Of a DNA stretch of 32,000 bases, positions 1-9,355 are shown piece by piece; the first letter of the stretch is position 1, and each line of letters opens with the position of its first letter. Location of the stretch: assembly GCA_000953435.1 (NCBI GenBank), contig LM655252.1, positions 120,001 to 152,000 on the forward strand, in the 5' to 3' direction. Below the pieces are notes generated by a model, which saw only the letters and a program-made list of their open reading frames with translations, searched no databases and was not told the origin of the DNA. Position numbers and translations under genes: made by a program. Origin of the DNA: Candidatus Johnevansia muelleri (GTDB lineage Bacteria; Pseudomonadota; Gammaproteobacteria; Johnevansiales; Johnevansiaceae).

Positions 1-743
1 ATGATGAAATAAATTATAAAGTTAATAATGAAAAATTGATTTCCAAATTTATTCGTACTGAAAGACGAGTGCCTATGAGTATAATTAGACAAACTATTGC
101 AAATCGTTTAGTACAAGTTCAGAAAACTGCTGCTATATTGACGACTTATAATGAAGTGGACATGAGTATAATTATAGCAATTCGTAAAAAGTATAAAAAT
201 ATATATCAATATATTAATAATGCAAATTTAGGATTTATGGGTTTCTTTGTTAAAGCTTGTACTGAAGCATTAAAACTATTTCCAGATGTTAATTCTTATA
301 TTGATGGGAATGAAATTGTTTATCATGATTATCAAGACATTAGTGTAGCTGTTTCTACCCCCAGAGGATTAGTTGTACCAGTGTTAAGAAATACTAATAA
401 AATGAATATTACTGAAATAGAAAAAAATATTGCAGAATTCATTAATCGTGGTACATATGGAACACTGAATATAGAAGAGATGACTGGAGGTACATTTACC
501 ATTACTAATGGTGGAATTTTTGGTTCTATGTTTTCTACTCCAATATTGAATCCTCCTCAGACTGCAATACTTGGTATGCATAACATTAAAGATCGACCAA
601 TTGCTATTAATGGACAAGTTGTTATACGTCCTATGATGTATTTAGCATTGTCTTACGATCATCGTATGATCGATGGTAAAGATGCGGTAAAGTTTATAGT
701 TACAGTAAAAAAATTTATAGAAGACCCATATCTGTTTTTTTAA
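1..743 (+). CDS. sucB: 2-oxoglutarate dehydrogenase E2 (dihydrolipoyllysine-residue succinyltransferase), C-terminal catalytic domain; the 5' end lies outside the window
   Basis: The frame is open from base 3 to the TAA at 741-743, so the TTG at 36 in the track is internal. The translation is colinear with the E. coli SucB catalytic domain: [33 protein letters not shown], and the acyltransferase active-site motif [10 protein letters not shown]. Confidence 0.95.
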   Translation, partial: DEINYKVNNEKLISKFIRTERRVPMSIIRQTIANRLVQVQKTAAILTTYNEVDMSIIIAIRKKYKNIYQYINNANLGFMGFFVKACTEALKLFPDVNSYIDGNEIVYHDYQDISVAVSTPRGLVVPVLRNTNKMNITEIEKNIAEFINRGTYGTLNIEEMTGGTFTITNGGIFGSMFSTPILNPPQTAILGMHNIKDRPIAINGQVVIRPMMYLALSYDHRMIDGKDAVKFIVTVKKFIEDPYLFF

Positions 744-753
744 TTTATACTAC

Positions 754-777
754 ACTCTTAAAAAAGAGTTTGTTTTT
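754..777 (+). terminator. Weak intrinsic-terminator-like hairpin downstream of sucB
   Basis: ACTCTT-aaaa-AAGAGT (6-bp stem) followed by TTGTTTTT, 11 nt after the sucB stop. The stem is short and AT-rich and sits inside what is normally an operon, so function is uncertain. Confidence 0.3.
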
Positions 778-812
778 AAAATTCATATCAAAAATTAATA
801 TGGAAATATTTA

Positions 813-2246
813 ATGTCCGATAAATATGATGTTATAATCATAGGTACAGGACCTGGGGGGTATGTCGCTGGAATACGCGCAGCGCAGTTGGGTTTAAAAA
901 CTGCTTGCATTGAAAAATGGGTTAACATTGATGGGAATATTGTTTACGGTGGAACGTGTCTTAATGTTGGTTGTATACCTTCTAAAGCTCTACTTGAAAT
1001 TTCATATAATTTCGTAAATGCAATAGAAAAATTTGAATTAATTGGTATCAATGTTAGTAATATTACTATTGATATTATAAAAATGATTAATAGTAAAAAT
1101 AAAACTGTTGCTACAATTAATAGAGGAATTAGCGCTATTTTAAAAAATAACAATATTACAGTAATAGAAGGTATTGGTAAGGTATTATCTAGTAATAAAG
1201 TAGAAGTTACTGGTAAAAATTGTATAAAAAATATTTTAAATACTGATAACATTATTATTGCCACAGGATCAGTACCTATAGAAACATCTGTAGCACCAGT
1301 AAACGGTGATACTATTGTTGATTCATCAGGAGCATTAAATTTTACAGCAGTGCCTGATCATCTTGGGATTATAGGTGCAGGTGCTATAGGGATAGAAATA
1401 GGTTCAGTATGGAACCGTCTTGGTAGCAAGGTTACAATCTTAGAATCGGAAAGTAAATTTCTACATACTGTGGATGAAGATTTATCTAAAGAAGCATATA
1501 AATTATTTACTAAGCAGGGAATTGACATACAATTGGGTGCTATAGTTATTTCTAGTAAAATTAATGATAAAAAGATACAAGTTATATATACAAAAGATAA
1601 TAGCATTAAAACAATTGTATTTGACAAGTTAATTGTTTCTATTGGCCGTCGTCCTTGTATAGATAATATCTTATATTCAAGCGCTGGAGTAGTAATAGAC
1701 GAAAAAAAATTCATACAAGTTAATGAACATTGTAAGACTAATGTATCAGGAATTTACGCAATAGGTGATGTAGTAAGAGGGCCTATGCTGGCGCATAAAG
1801 CCTCAGAAGAGGGTGTAATGGTAGCTAATATCATTGCCGGGCACAAATCAGAAATCAACTATAACACTATTCCTAATGTGATTTATACATATCCTGAAAT
1901 AGCATGGGTTGGAAAAAATGAGCAGAATATTAAAACTTTAGGTATAGAGTATAAAATAGGTACTTTTCCTTTCTATTCTTGTGGTCGGTCTATGGCAACT
2001 AATTCCACAGAAGGTTTTATTAAAATTATTGCAAATGCTAAAACAGATCGTATTTTAGGTATACATATATTAGGACAACACGCTGGAGAATTAATTGCTA
2101 ATGGAGTTATAGCTATGGAATTCGGGGCTAGCGCTGAAGATATTGCTTTGACATGTTTTGCGCATCCAACACTATCAGAATCTATTCGCGAAGCAGCTTT
2201 AGCAGTAAGTGGTAATGCCATTAACATAGTGAATCGCAATATATAA
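813..2246 (+). CDS. lpdA: Dihydrolipoyl dehydrogenase (E3 component)
   Basis: 477 aa. N-terminal FAD fold GTGPGGYVAGIRAAQLG, redox-active disulfide GGTCLNVGCIPSK, NAD fold GIIGAGAIGIEIG, and C-terminal interface motif CFAHPTLSE. Confidence 0.95.
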   Translation: MSDKYDVIIIGTGPGGYVAGIRAAQLGLKTACIEKWVNIDGNIVYGGTCLNVGCIPSKALLEISYNFVNAIEKFELIGINVSNITIDIIKMINSKNKTVATINRGISAILKNNNITVIEGIGKVLSSNKVEVTGKNCIKNILNTDNIIIATGSVPIETSVAPVNGDTIVDSSGALNFTAVPDHLGIIGAGAIGIEIGSVWNRLGSKVTILESESKFLHTVDEDLSKEAYKLFTKQGIDIQLGAIVISSKINDKKIQVIYTKDNSIKTIVFDKLIVSIGRRPCIDNILYSSAGVVIDEKKFIQVNEHCKTNVSGIYAIGDVVRGPMLAHKASEEGVMVANIIAGHKSEINYNTIPNVIYTYPEIAWVGKNEQNIKTLGIEYKIGTFPFYSCGRSMATNSTEGFIKIIANAKTDRILGIHILGQHAGELIANGVIAMEFGASAEDIALTCFAHPTLSESIREAALAVSGNAINIVNRNI

Positions 2247-2302
2247 AATAAATTACATATAAAAAAATTTATATTATATTTTAATAATTAGAATGGTATT
2301 GA

Positions 2303-3463
2303 ATGAATATTCATGAATATCAAGGTAAGCAGCTATTAATTGAATATGACCTACCAGTTTCAAAAGGATATGTAATTAGTTCACCAAAAGATGTAATAAC
2401 AGCCTGCAAAAATATTGGCGGTAATTCATGGGTAGTTAAAACACAGATACATGCTGGTGGTAGAGGAAAATCAGGTGGAATTAAATTAGTTAATAATTAT
2501 AATGAAGCTAAAAATTTTTCTGAAATGTGGCTAGGTAAACGGTTATTGACATATCAGACAGAAAAAGGACAGTTAGTAAATAAAATTTTGATTGAATCTT
2601 ATACAAAAATTATAAAAGAATTATATATTAGTGCAATTATAGACCGTTCTATTAAACGTATTGTTTTTATAGCATCTTCAGAAGGTGGTGTAGAAATTGA
2701 AAAAATTGCAAAAGAAAATCCTAAAAAAATTATTAAAACAACAATAGATCCTATTCTTGGAGCTATGCCTTACCAGGCAATAAATATAGCATTTAAATTG
2801 GGATTAAACAAAATTCAAATTAAGCAATTCACTAAAATATTCATTAATTTATTGAAAATGTTTAAAGATAATGACTTATATTTTATTGAAATTAATCCGC
2901 TAGTAATAACCAATAAAGGTAATCTACATTGTTTAGATATTAAAATGAGTATTGATCCTAATGCTTTATATCGTCATCATGATTTATATTCTATGCTTGA
3001 TATTTCGCAAGAAGATGAACGGGAAGCTAATGCTAAAAATTTTGATCTAAACTATGTAGCTCTAAATGGTAATATTGGTTGTATTGTAAATGGGGCTGGC
3101 TTAGCAATGGGTACTATGGATATGATACAATTTAACGGTGGAAAGCCAGCAAATTTTCTTGATGTAGGTGGTAGTGCAAATAATGAACGTGTTGTTGAAG
3201 CTTTCAAAATAATTTTATCAGATAAATCTGTAAAAGCAGTGCTGGTAAATATTTTTGGAGGAATTGTGCGTTGTGATATGATCGCTGAAGGAATAATAAG
3301 CGCAATAAATAAGATAATAATTGACATTCCTGTTGTTGTACGTCTTCAAGGTAACAACTATGAAAAAGGTATGAAAAAGCTTAGAGAAAGCAAATTAAAT
3401 AATATTATTCCAGAGTACAACCTACTCGAAGCCGCTAAAAAAGTAATAAAAGCAGCTACATAA
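2303..3463 (+). CDS. sucC: Succinyl-CoA synthetase beta subunit
   Basis: 386 aa. [12 protein letters not shown] start, ATP-grasp region [19 protein letters not shown], and [18 protein letters not shown]; colinear with E. coli SucC (388 aa). Confidence 0.95.
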   Translation: MNIHEYQGKQLLIEYDLPVSKGYVISSPKDVITACKNIGGNSWVVKTQIHAGGRGKSGGIKLVNNYNEAKNFSEMWLGKRLLTYQTEKGQLVNKILIESYTKIIKELYISAIIDRSIKRIVFIASSEGGVEIEKIAKENPKKIIKTTIDPILGAMPYQAINIAFKLGLNKIQIKQFTKIFINLLKMFKDNDLYFIEINPLVITNKGNLHCLDIKMSIDPNALYRHHDLYSMLDISQEDEREANAKNFDLNYVALNGNIGCIVNGAGLAMGTMDMIQFNGGKPANFLDVGGSANNERVVEAFKIILSDKSVKAVLVNIFGGIVRCDMIAEGIISAINKIIIDIPVVVRLQGNNYEKGMKKLRESKLNNIIPEYNLLEAAKKVIKAAT

Positions 3464-3477
3464 GTAAATAACAAGTC

Positions 3478-4395
3478 ATGAGTATTATTGTAAATAAAAA
3501 TACTAAAGTAATATGTCAAGGCTTGACTGGGGTACAAGGTACGTTACACTCAAAACAATCTATTGAATATGGAACTAAAATTGTGGGTGGTGTTACTCCA
3601 GGTAGAGGAGGTCAACTTCACTTAGGCATTCCGGTATTTAACACTGTTTATGAAGCAGTTTCTCAAACTGATGCTTTTGCATCAGTTATATACGTTCCAG
3701 CGCAGTATTGTAAGGATTCTATTATTGAGTCAGCTAATGCTGGAATTAAGCTCATAGTTTGCATAACAGAAGGTATTCCTACTATTGACATGCTATATAT
3801 TAAGGTTAAGTGTGATGATTTAAATATACGTTTTATTGGTCCCAATTGCCCTGGGATAATTACTCCAGGAGAATGTAAAATAGGTATAATGCCATGTAAT
3901 ATTTATAAATATGGAAATGTTGGTGTTGTATCTCGTTCTGGTACTTTAACATATGAAGCAGTTAATCAAATTACAGTTAATGGATTTGGGCAATCTACGT
4001 GTGTAGGTATTGGAGGTGATCCTATAATAGGTTATAGCTTTATTGATATTCTTAAGCTATTTCAAGAAGATCCACAAACTGAAGCAATTGTATTAATAGG
4101 TGAAATAGGAGGTACTGCTGAAGAAGAAGCAGCTGATTTTATAAAAGAATATGTTAATAAACCAATAATATCGTATATTGCTGGGGTAACTGCACCATAT
4201 GGAAAACGCATGGGCCATGCTGGGGCAATTATTTCTTGTGGAACAGGTACTGCCAATTCTAAATTATTAGCATTAAAAGCAGCAAATGTAAATACTGTTA
4301 TATCAATTGCACATATTAGTGAAGCGTTAATAGAAAGCACAGGATGGATAAAAAATAAATCTTTAAAATTACCTTTATATGAATCAATGGGCTAA
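3478..4395 (+). CDS. sucD: Succinyl-CoA synthetase alpha subunit
   Basis: 305 aa. CoA-binding [21 protein letters not shown], and phosphohistidine loop [14 protein letters not shown]. It carries about 16 extra C-terminal residues relative to my recollection of E. coli SucD. Confidence 0.95.
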   Translation: MSIIVNKNTKVICQGLTGVQGTLHSKQSIEYGTKIVGGVTPGRGGQLHLGIPVFNTVYEAVSQTDAFASVIYVPAQYCKDSIIESANAGIKLIVCITEGIPTIDMLYIKVKCDDLNIRFIGPNCPGIITPGECKIGIMPCNIYKYGNVGVVSRSGTLTYEAVNQITVNGFGQSTCVGIGGDPIIGYSFIDILKLFQEDPQTEAIVLIGEIGGTAEEEAADFIKEYVNKPIISYIAGVTAPYGKRMGHAGAIISCGTGTANSKLLALKAANVNTVISIAHISEALIESTGWIKNKSLKLPLYESMG

Positions 4396-4799
4396 TATAG
4401 CTTTGTGCTTATATAAATTCTTTATACAGTTGGTACATTTTATTGCAATAAAAATGAATATAATTTACTGTGAAATAATAAGACATTACATAATTATAAT
4501 TAATGTATGTATTTATCATTTCGAAAATATTTAATATTGTATGCATATATTTACTAGTAAATGTATTGAAAAAGCACCAGCTATCGATGCATCAATTAAA
4601 CGATCTATCAGTTAATATAATAATATTGAATGTATAAAAATGTTTATTATACTTATAATATAAATAATCATATTTTGTATTATAGCTTTTAATCGCTGTT
4701 TAAATACTAAAAAAAAATTTGTAAATTAAGTAATTGCAGCATATAATTAACTAGCTATGCAGTAATTATACAATTTATACATTAATAATATATTAAACA

Positions 4800-7358
4800 A
4801 TGAATAGATATTACAATCATATTGATGTTGAACGTAATGCACAGCAATTTTGGAAAAATAACCGATGCTTTAAAGTATTTGAAGATATGACTATCGAAAA
4901 ATATTATTGTTTATCTATGTTTCCGTATCCAAGTGGAAACCTTCACATGGGTCATGTGCGTAATTATAGTATTGGTGATGCTATAACTCGCTTTAATATA
5001 ATGCAAGGTAAAAATGTACTTCAACCCATAGGGTGGGATGCATTTGGAATGCCAGCTGAGAATGCTGCAATTAAACAAGGTATATCACCTAATGATTGGA
5101 CTAAAAAAAATATAGATTATATGCGTATACAGCTAAATTCCCTAGGCTTTGCTTATGATTGGGATCGAGAGTTTTCTACTTGCGAAGTTAATTATTATTA
5201 TTGGGAACAATGGTTTTTTACTAAGTTAATAAAAAAAGATTTAGTGTATAAAAAAGATTCAATAGTTAACTGGGATCCTGTAGATAATACAGTACTTTCT
5301 AATGAACAAGTAATTGATGGATATGGATGGCGCTCGGGAGCAAAAATAGAGTCACGTAAAATTTCTATATGGTTTTTAAAAATAACTAATTATGCAGAAG
5401 AATTACTTAAAGATCTTGATAATTTAGATTGGCCTGAACGTGTAAAGACAATGCAGCGAAATTGGATTGGAAAATCATCAGGTGTAGATATTGATTTTTA
5501 TGTATCTGAAATACCAGATGCGCTATCTAAATTAACTATATTTACAACGCGTCCTGATACATTAATGGGTGTAAGTTATCTTGCTATTTCATCTGAACAT
5601 CCAATTGCTAATTTTTTATATAAAAATAATCCTAAATTAATTAAATTTTTTAAAAAATACTGTAATAGCTTATGTGGTGAAGCAGATATAGAGAATTTAG
5701 GAATAAATATTGTATATAAAGCCAATCATCCTATTACTAAAGAAAAACTGCCTATTTATATTACTAACTTTGTATTAATGGAATATGGTCATGGTGCAAT
5801 AATGTGTGTCCCTGCACACGATAAACGAGATTGGGATTTTGCAAATAAGTATAGTTTGTCAAAAATACCTGTAATTGCTGATATTAATGGAAATATTCCA
5901 AATATATATAATGGTCCATATACCAAACAGGGTAGTATACTTATTAATTCAGGTGAATTTAATTTTTTAAAAACATATGAAGCTTTTGATATCATCATTA
6001 AAAAATTAGAAAAAAAATATAATAGTATAAAACGTGTAAATTATAGAATAAGAGATTGGGGAATATCAAGACAACGTTATTGGGGAACCCCCATTCCAAT
6101 AAAATATGGAAAAAATGGAGAAATTATTGCTTTAAATATAGATGAATTACCAGTATGTCTACCAACTAATATAAAGCTAAAAACAAATAAATCGCCATTG
6201 AATACAATCCCATCATTTTATAATCTTAGAAACCTATGGACTCGTGAAACAGATACTTTTGATACTTTTATTGAGTCATCCTGGTACTATGCTCGGTTCT
6301 GTTGTCACGATAATAATGATTTAATGTTGGACGAACGTGTTAAATATTGGTTACCAGTTGATATATATATAGGGGGAATAGAACATGCAATTCTTCATTT
6401 ATTATATGCTAGATTTTTTCATAAACTGTTACGTGATTTTGGTTTAGTTCATTGTGATGAACCATTTAAACGTTTATTAACGCAAGGAATGGTTGTAGCT
6501 AATACTTATTATCGTAAAATGAATGATGGTAGTAATCAATGGTTTAATCACATTGATGTAAAAGTAAAATCCGATGGTAGTGCTTATCTAATAAGTGATG
6601 GAAAACCTGTAATTATGGGTGGTATACAAAAAATGTCAAAATCAAAAAATAATGGCGTTGATCCACAATCCATGATTAATCAATTTGGTGCTGATACAGT
6701 ACGTTTATTTATACTGTTTGCGGCTCCATCAGATCAATCTCTAGAATGGTCATATGCTGGTATTGAGGGGGCATATCGGTTCCTTAACAGGCTATGGAAA
6801 TTTACTTATGATCATATAGCTTTGTTTGGGATAATTAATAAAAACATTAATGTTTCGTTACTAAATGATCGTCAGCGTGCTATACGTAGAATAACTCATA
6901 TAACTATAAAAAAAACAACATATGATATTAATAGTGCAAACTTCAATACAGCAATAGCTGCTGTAATGAAACTAAATAATACACTATTACGATTCAACGA
7001 TAATAGTATTCAAGGTTTAGCTGTTATTATTGAAGCACTAGAAGTAAGTCTATTAATACTTTCACCTATTGTACCACATATAACTCACGTTTTATGGAAT
7101 GAATTAGGACATAAAGAGGCTATTATTAATGCAAGGTGGCCTAAAATTGATGATCAAGCATTATTCATTGAAGAAATGACACTAGTAATTCAAATTAATG
7201 GAAAGTTACGTACTAAAATTAAAATTCCTGCAGATACAGATCTTGATATTATAAAAAAAATAGCATTATCAGATTATAAAATACAGATTTATATTAAATG
7301 TAAATTTATTACAAAAATTTTTATTGTTCCAGGTAAATTAATAAACATTGTGTTTTAA
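4800..7358 (+). CDS. leuS: Leucyl-tRNA synthetase
   Basis: 852 aa. HIGH motif (PSGNLHMGHVRNY), CP1 editing-domain signature TTRPDTLMG, and KMSKS (QKMSKSKNNGV). Confidence 0.97.
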   Translation: MNRYYNHIDVERNAQQFWKNNRCFKVFEDMTIEKYYCLSMFPYPSGNLHMGHVRNYSIGDAITRFNIMQGKNVLQPIGWDAFGMPAENAAIKQGISPNDWTKKNIDYMRIQLNSLGFAYDWDREFSTCEVNYYYWEQWFFTKLIKKDLVYKKDSIVNWDPVDNTVLSNEQVIDGYGWRSGAKIESRKISIWFLKITNYAEELLKDLDNLDWPERVKTMQRNWIGKSSGVDIDFYVSEIPDALSKLTIFTTRPDTLMGVSYLAISSEHPIANFLYKNNPKLIKFFKKYCNSLCGEADIENLGINIVYKANHPITKEKLPIYITNFVLMEYGHGAIMCVPAHDKRDWDFANKYSLSKIPVIADINGNIPNIYNGPYTKQGSILINSGEFNFLKTYEAFDIIIKKLEKKYNSIKRVNYRIRDWGISRQRYWGTPIPIKYGKNGEIIALNIDELPVCLPTNIKLKTNKSPLNTIPSFYNLRNLWTRETDTFDTFIESSWYYARFCCHDNNDLMLDERVKYWLPVDIYIGGIEHAILHLLYARFFHKLLRDFGLVHCDEPFKRLLTQGMVVANTYYRKMNDGSNQWFNHIDVKVKSDGSAYLISDGKPVIMGGIQKMSKSKNNGVDPQSMINQFGADTVRLFILFAAPSDQSLEWSYAGIEGAYRFLNRLWKFTYDHIALFGIINKNINVSLLNDRQRAIRRITHITIKKTTYDINSANFNTAIAAVMKLNNTLLRFNDNSIQGLAVIIEALEVSLLILSPIVPHITHVLWNELGHKEAIINARWPKIDDQALFIEEMTLVIQINGKLRTKIKIPADTDLDIIKKIALSDYKIQIYIKCKFITKIFIVPGKLINIVF

Positions 7359-7400
7359 AAATAGCATAAATATAATTTTAAGTATTTGTATATTACAAAA

Positions 7401-7718
7401 ATGCATAAAAATATTGCTGAAATTGTAATTAATGCATTAAATCAGTTAAATGGACAAAATATAATTGAAATAGATGTTACAACATTAACTAATATTACTG
7501 ATACAATGATTATCGCTAGTGGTACCTCTAATATACATATATTTGCATTAGCTAATAATATGGTGAAAAAATTAAAAGAAAAAGGATTTATACCATTAAG
7601 CATTGAAGGGAATAAAAACGATGATTGGATACTAGTTGATATTTCATATGTAATAGTACATATTATGTTGCCTGATATACGTAAAAAATATAATTTAGAA
7701 GGTATTTGGATAATATAA
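7401..7718 (+). CDS. rsfS: Ribosomal silencing factor RsfS (YbeB/iojap family)
   Basis: The track ORF 7386-7718 starts at a non-ATG codon. The ATG five codons in (MHKNIAEIV...) gives 105 aa, colinear with E. coli RsfS (ITD.MIIA/CTGTS, DWILVD..YVIVHIM). Confidence 0.85.
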   Translation: MHKNIAEIVINALNQLNGQNIIEIDVTTLTNITDTMIIASGTSNIHIFALANNMVKKLKEKGFIPLSIEGNKNDDWILVDISYVIVHIMLPDIRKKYNLEGIWII

Positions 7719-7734
7719 CAGGACGTTTATACTA

Positions 7735-8433
7735 GTGATAATTAATATGCAAGAAATTTATATATATATTTATCATATTGGGATTTGCAATTACAAAACC
7801 ACGCTTACTGCAATGCAGGAATACACCTATAGAAGATCTTTGTATGATTCAGATAATATATGGTTAATTGAACATGATCCAGTTTTTACTCAAGGTGGTA
7901 ATATTGAAACTTTAATAAAATTGGATATTCCTATAATTAAATCAGATAGAGGGGGCAAAATTACGTATCATGGGCCAGGTCAGTTAATTTTTTATATATT
8001 GTTTGATTTAAAACGTAGCAGGTTAGGAGTTCGCGAATTAGTTACTATTATAGAAAAATCTACTATTTTAACACTTGCAACACACGGAATTTTTTCATAT
8101 ACTAAAGAAAGTGCTCCTGGTGTTTACGTTTTAATAGACGGATATGAAGCTAAGATATCATCTATTGGTATTCGTATTAAACGTGGTTGTAGTTTTCATG
8201 GTCTTGCTTATAATGTTGATATGGATATTACTCCATTTGAAATTATTAATCCATGCGGGTATTTTGGTATGCAAATGACTCAGCTGAAAGACTTTATGCA
8301 CTACTATTCAATAACAATAAAGATTGAATATAATCGTTGGATTAAATGTTTTTATCATAAAATTAGTAGTAATTATTCTTTTTTAATAATTGAAAAAAAA
8401 GGATTACCTGAAATATTAACCCAGGCTTTTTAA
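7735..8433 (+). CDS. lipB: Octanoyltransferase (lipoyl(octanoyl) transferase)
   Basis: 232 aa from GTG 7735; ATG at 7747 is an alternative start. Motifs [45 protein letters not shown] and INPCGY match E. coli LipB, including the catalytic Cys in PCG. Confidence 0.92.
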   Translation: MIINMQEIYIYIYHIGICNYKTTLTAMQEYTYRRSLYDSDNIWLIEHDPVFTQGGNIETLIKLDIPIIKSDRGGKITYHGPGQLIFYILFDLKRSRLGVRELVTIIEKSTILTLATHGIFSYTKESAPGVYVLIDGYEAKISSIGIRIKRGCSFHGLAYNVDMDITPFEIINPCGYFGMQMTQLKDFMHYYSITIKIEYNRWIKCFYHKISSNYSFLIIEKKGLPEILTQAF

Positions 8434-8434
8434 T

Positions 8435-9355
8435 ATGGTCGGTATTAAAATGCGTGGTGCCTATAAATTTGGGTATCGTTATATTAATGTAATACAAACA
8501 ATTAAGCCGAATTGGCTACGTGTGCGTATCCCTAATATTTCAGATAATATTATAGGTATAAAAAAAATATTACGCAAGCATAAATTAAATACAGTATGCG
8601 AAGAGGCTTCTTGTCCTAACTTAAGTGAATGCTTCAATAATAGGACTTTAACTTTTATGATTATGGGAGCTATTTGTACTCGTCGTTGTTCATTCTGTGA
8701 TGTAGCACATGGTCGTCCGGATACCCCTAATGTAAATGAATCAATTGAATTAGCTAAAGCCATTTCGGAAATGCATCTTAATTATGTTGTTATAACATCA
8801 GTAAATCGCGATGATTTACAATATTGTGGTGCAAATAAATTTATTGAATGTATAATTGAAATTCGTAAGTTATCTCAAAATATTAAAATTGAAATACTAG
8901 TTCCTGATTTTCGTGGGTGTATGGATACAGCTATAAAAATTCTCTGTAAAGAGCCCCCAAACGTTTTTAATCACAATATTGAAACTGTACCTATATTATA
9001 TAGAAAAGTACGTCCTGGGGCCAATTATCAGTGTTCATTAAATTTACTTAAACGTTATAAGCAACTGAATCCATTAAGAATTACTAAATCAGGATTAATG
9101 GTGGGTATAGGAGAGACCAATCAACAGATTATAGATGTTATGAACGATTTACGCACACATGGTGTTGATATGCTCACTATTGGACAGTATTTACAACCAT
9201 CTCGCTATCATATTCCAATAGCTAGATGGGTTAATCCTACAACATTTAATTTTTTTGAAAAAGAAGGATATGCAATGGGTTTTACACATGTAGCTTCTGG
9301 CCCACTCGTTCGTTCAAGTTATCATGCTGATAAGCAAGTATATAGTGTAAATTAA
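8435..9355 (+). CDS. lipA: Lipoyl synthase (radical SAM)
   Basis: 306 aa. Auxiliary cluster motif [13 protein letters not shown], radical-SAM motif [10 protein letters not shown], and C-terminal RSSYHAD. Confidence 0.96.
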   Translation: MVGIKMRGAYKFGYRYINVIQTIKPNWLRVRIPNISDNIIGIKKILRKHKLNTVCEEASCPNLSECFNNRTLTFMIMGAICTRRCSFCDVAHGRPDTPNVNESIELAKAISEMHLNYVVITSVNRDDLQYCGANKFIECIIEIRKLSQNIKIEILVPDFRGCMDTAIKILCKEPPNVFNHNIETVPILYRKVRPGANYQCSLNLLKRYKQLNPLRITKSGLMVGIGETNQQIIDVMNDLRTHGVDMLTIGQYLQPSRYHIPIARWVNPTTFNFFEKEGYAMGFTHVASGPLVRSSYHADKQVYSVN

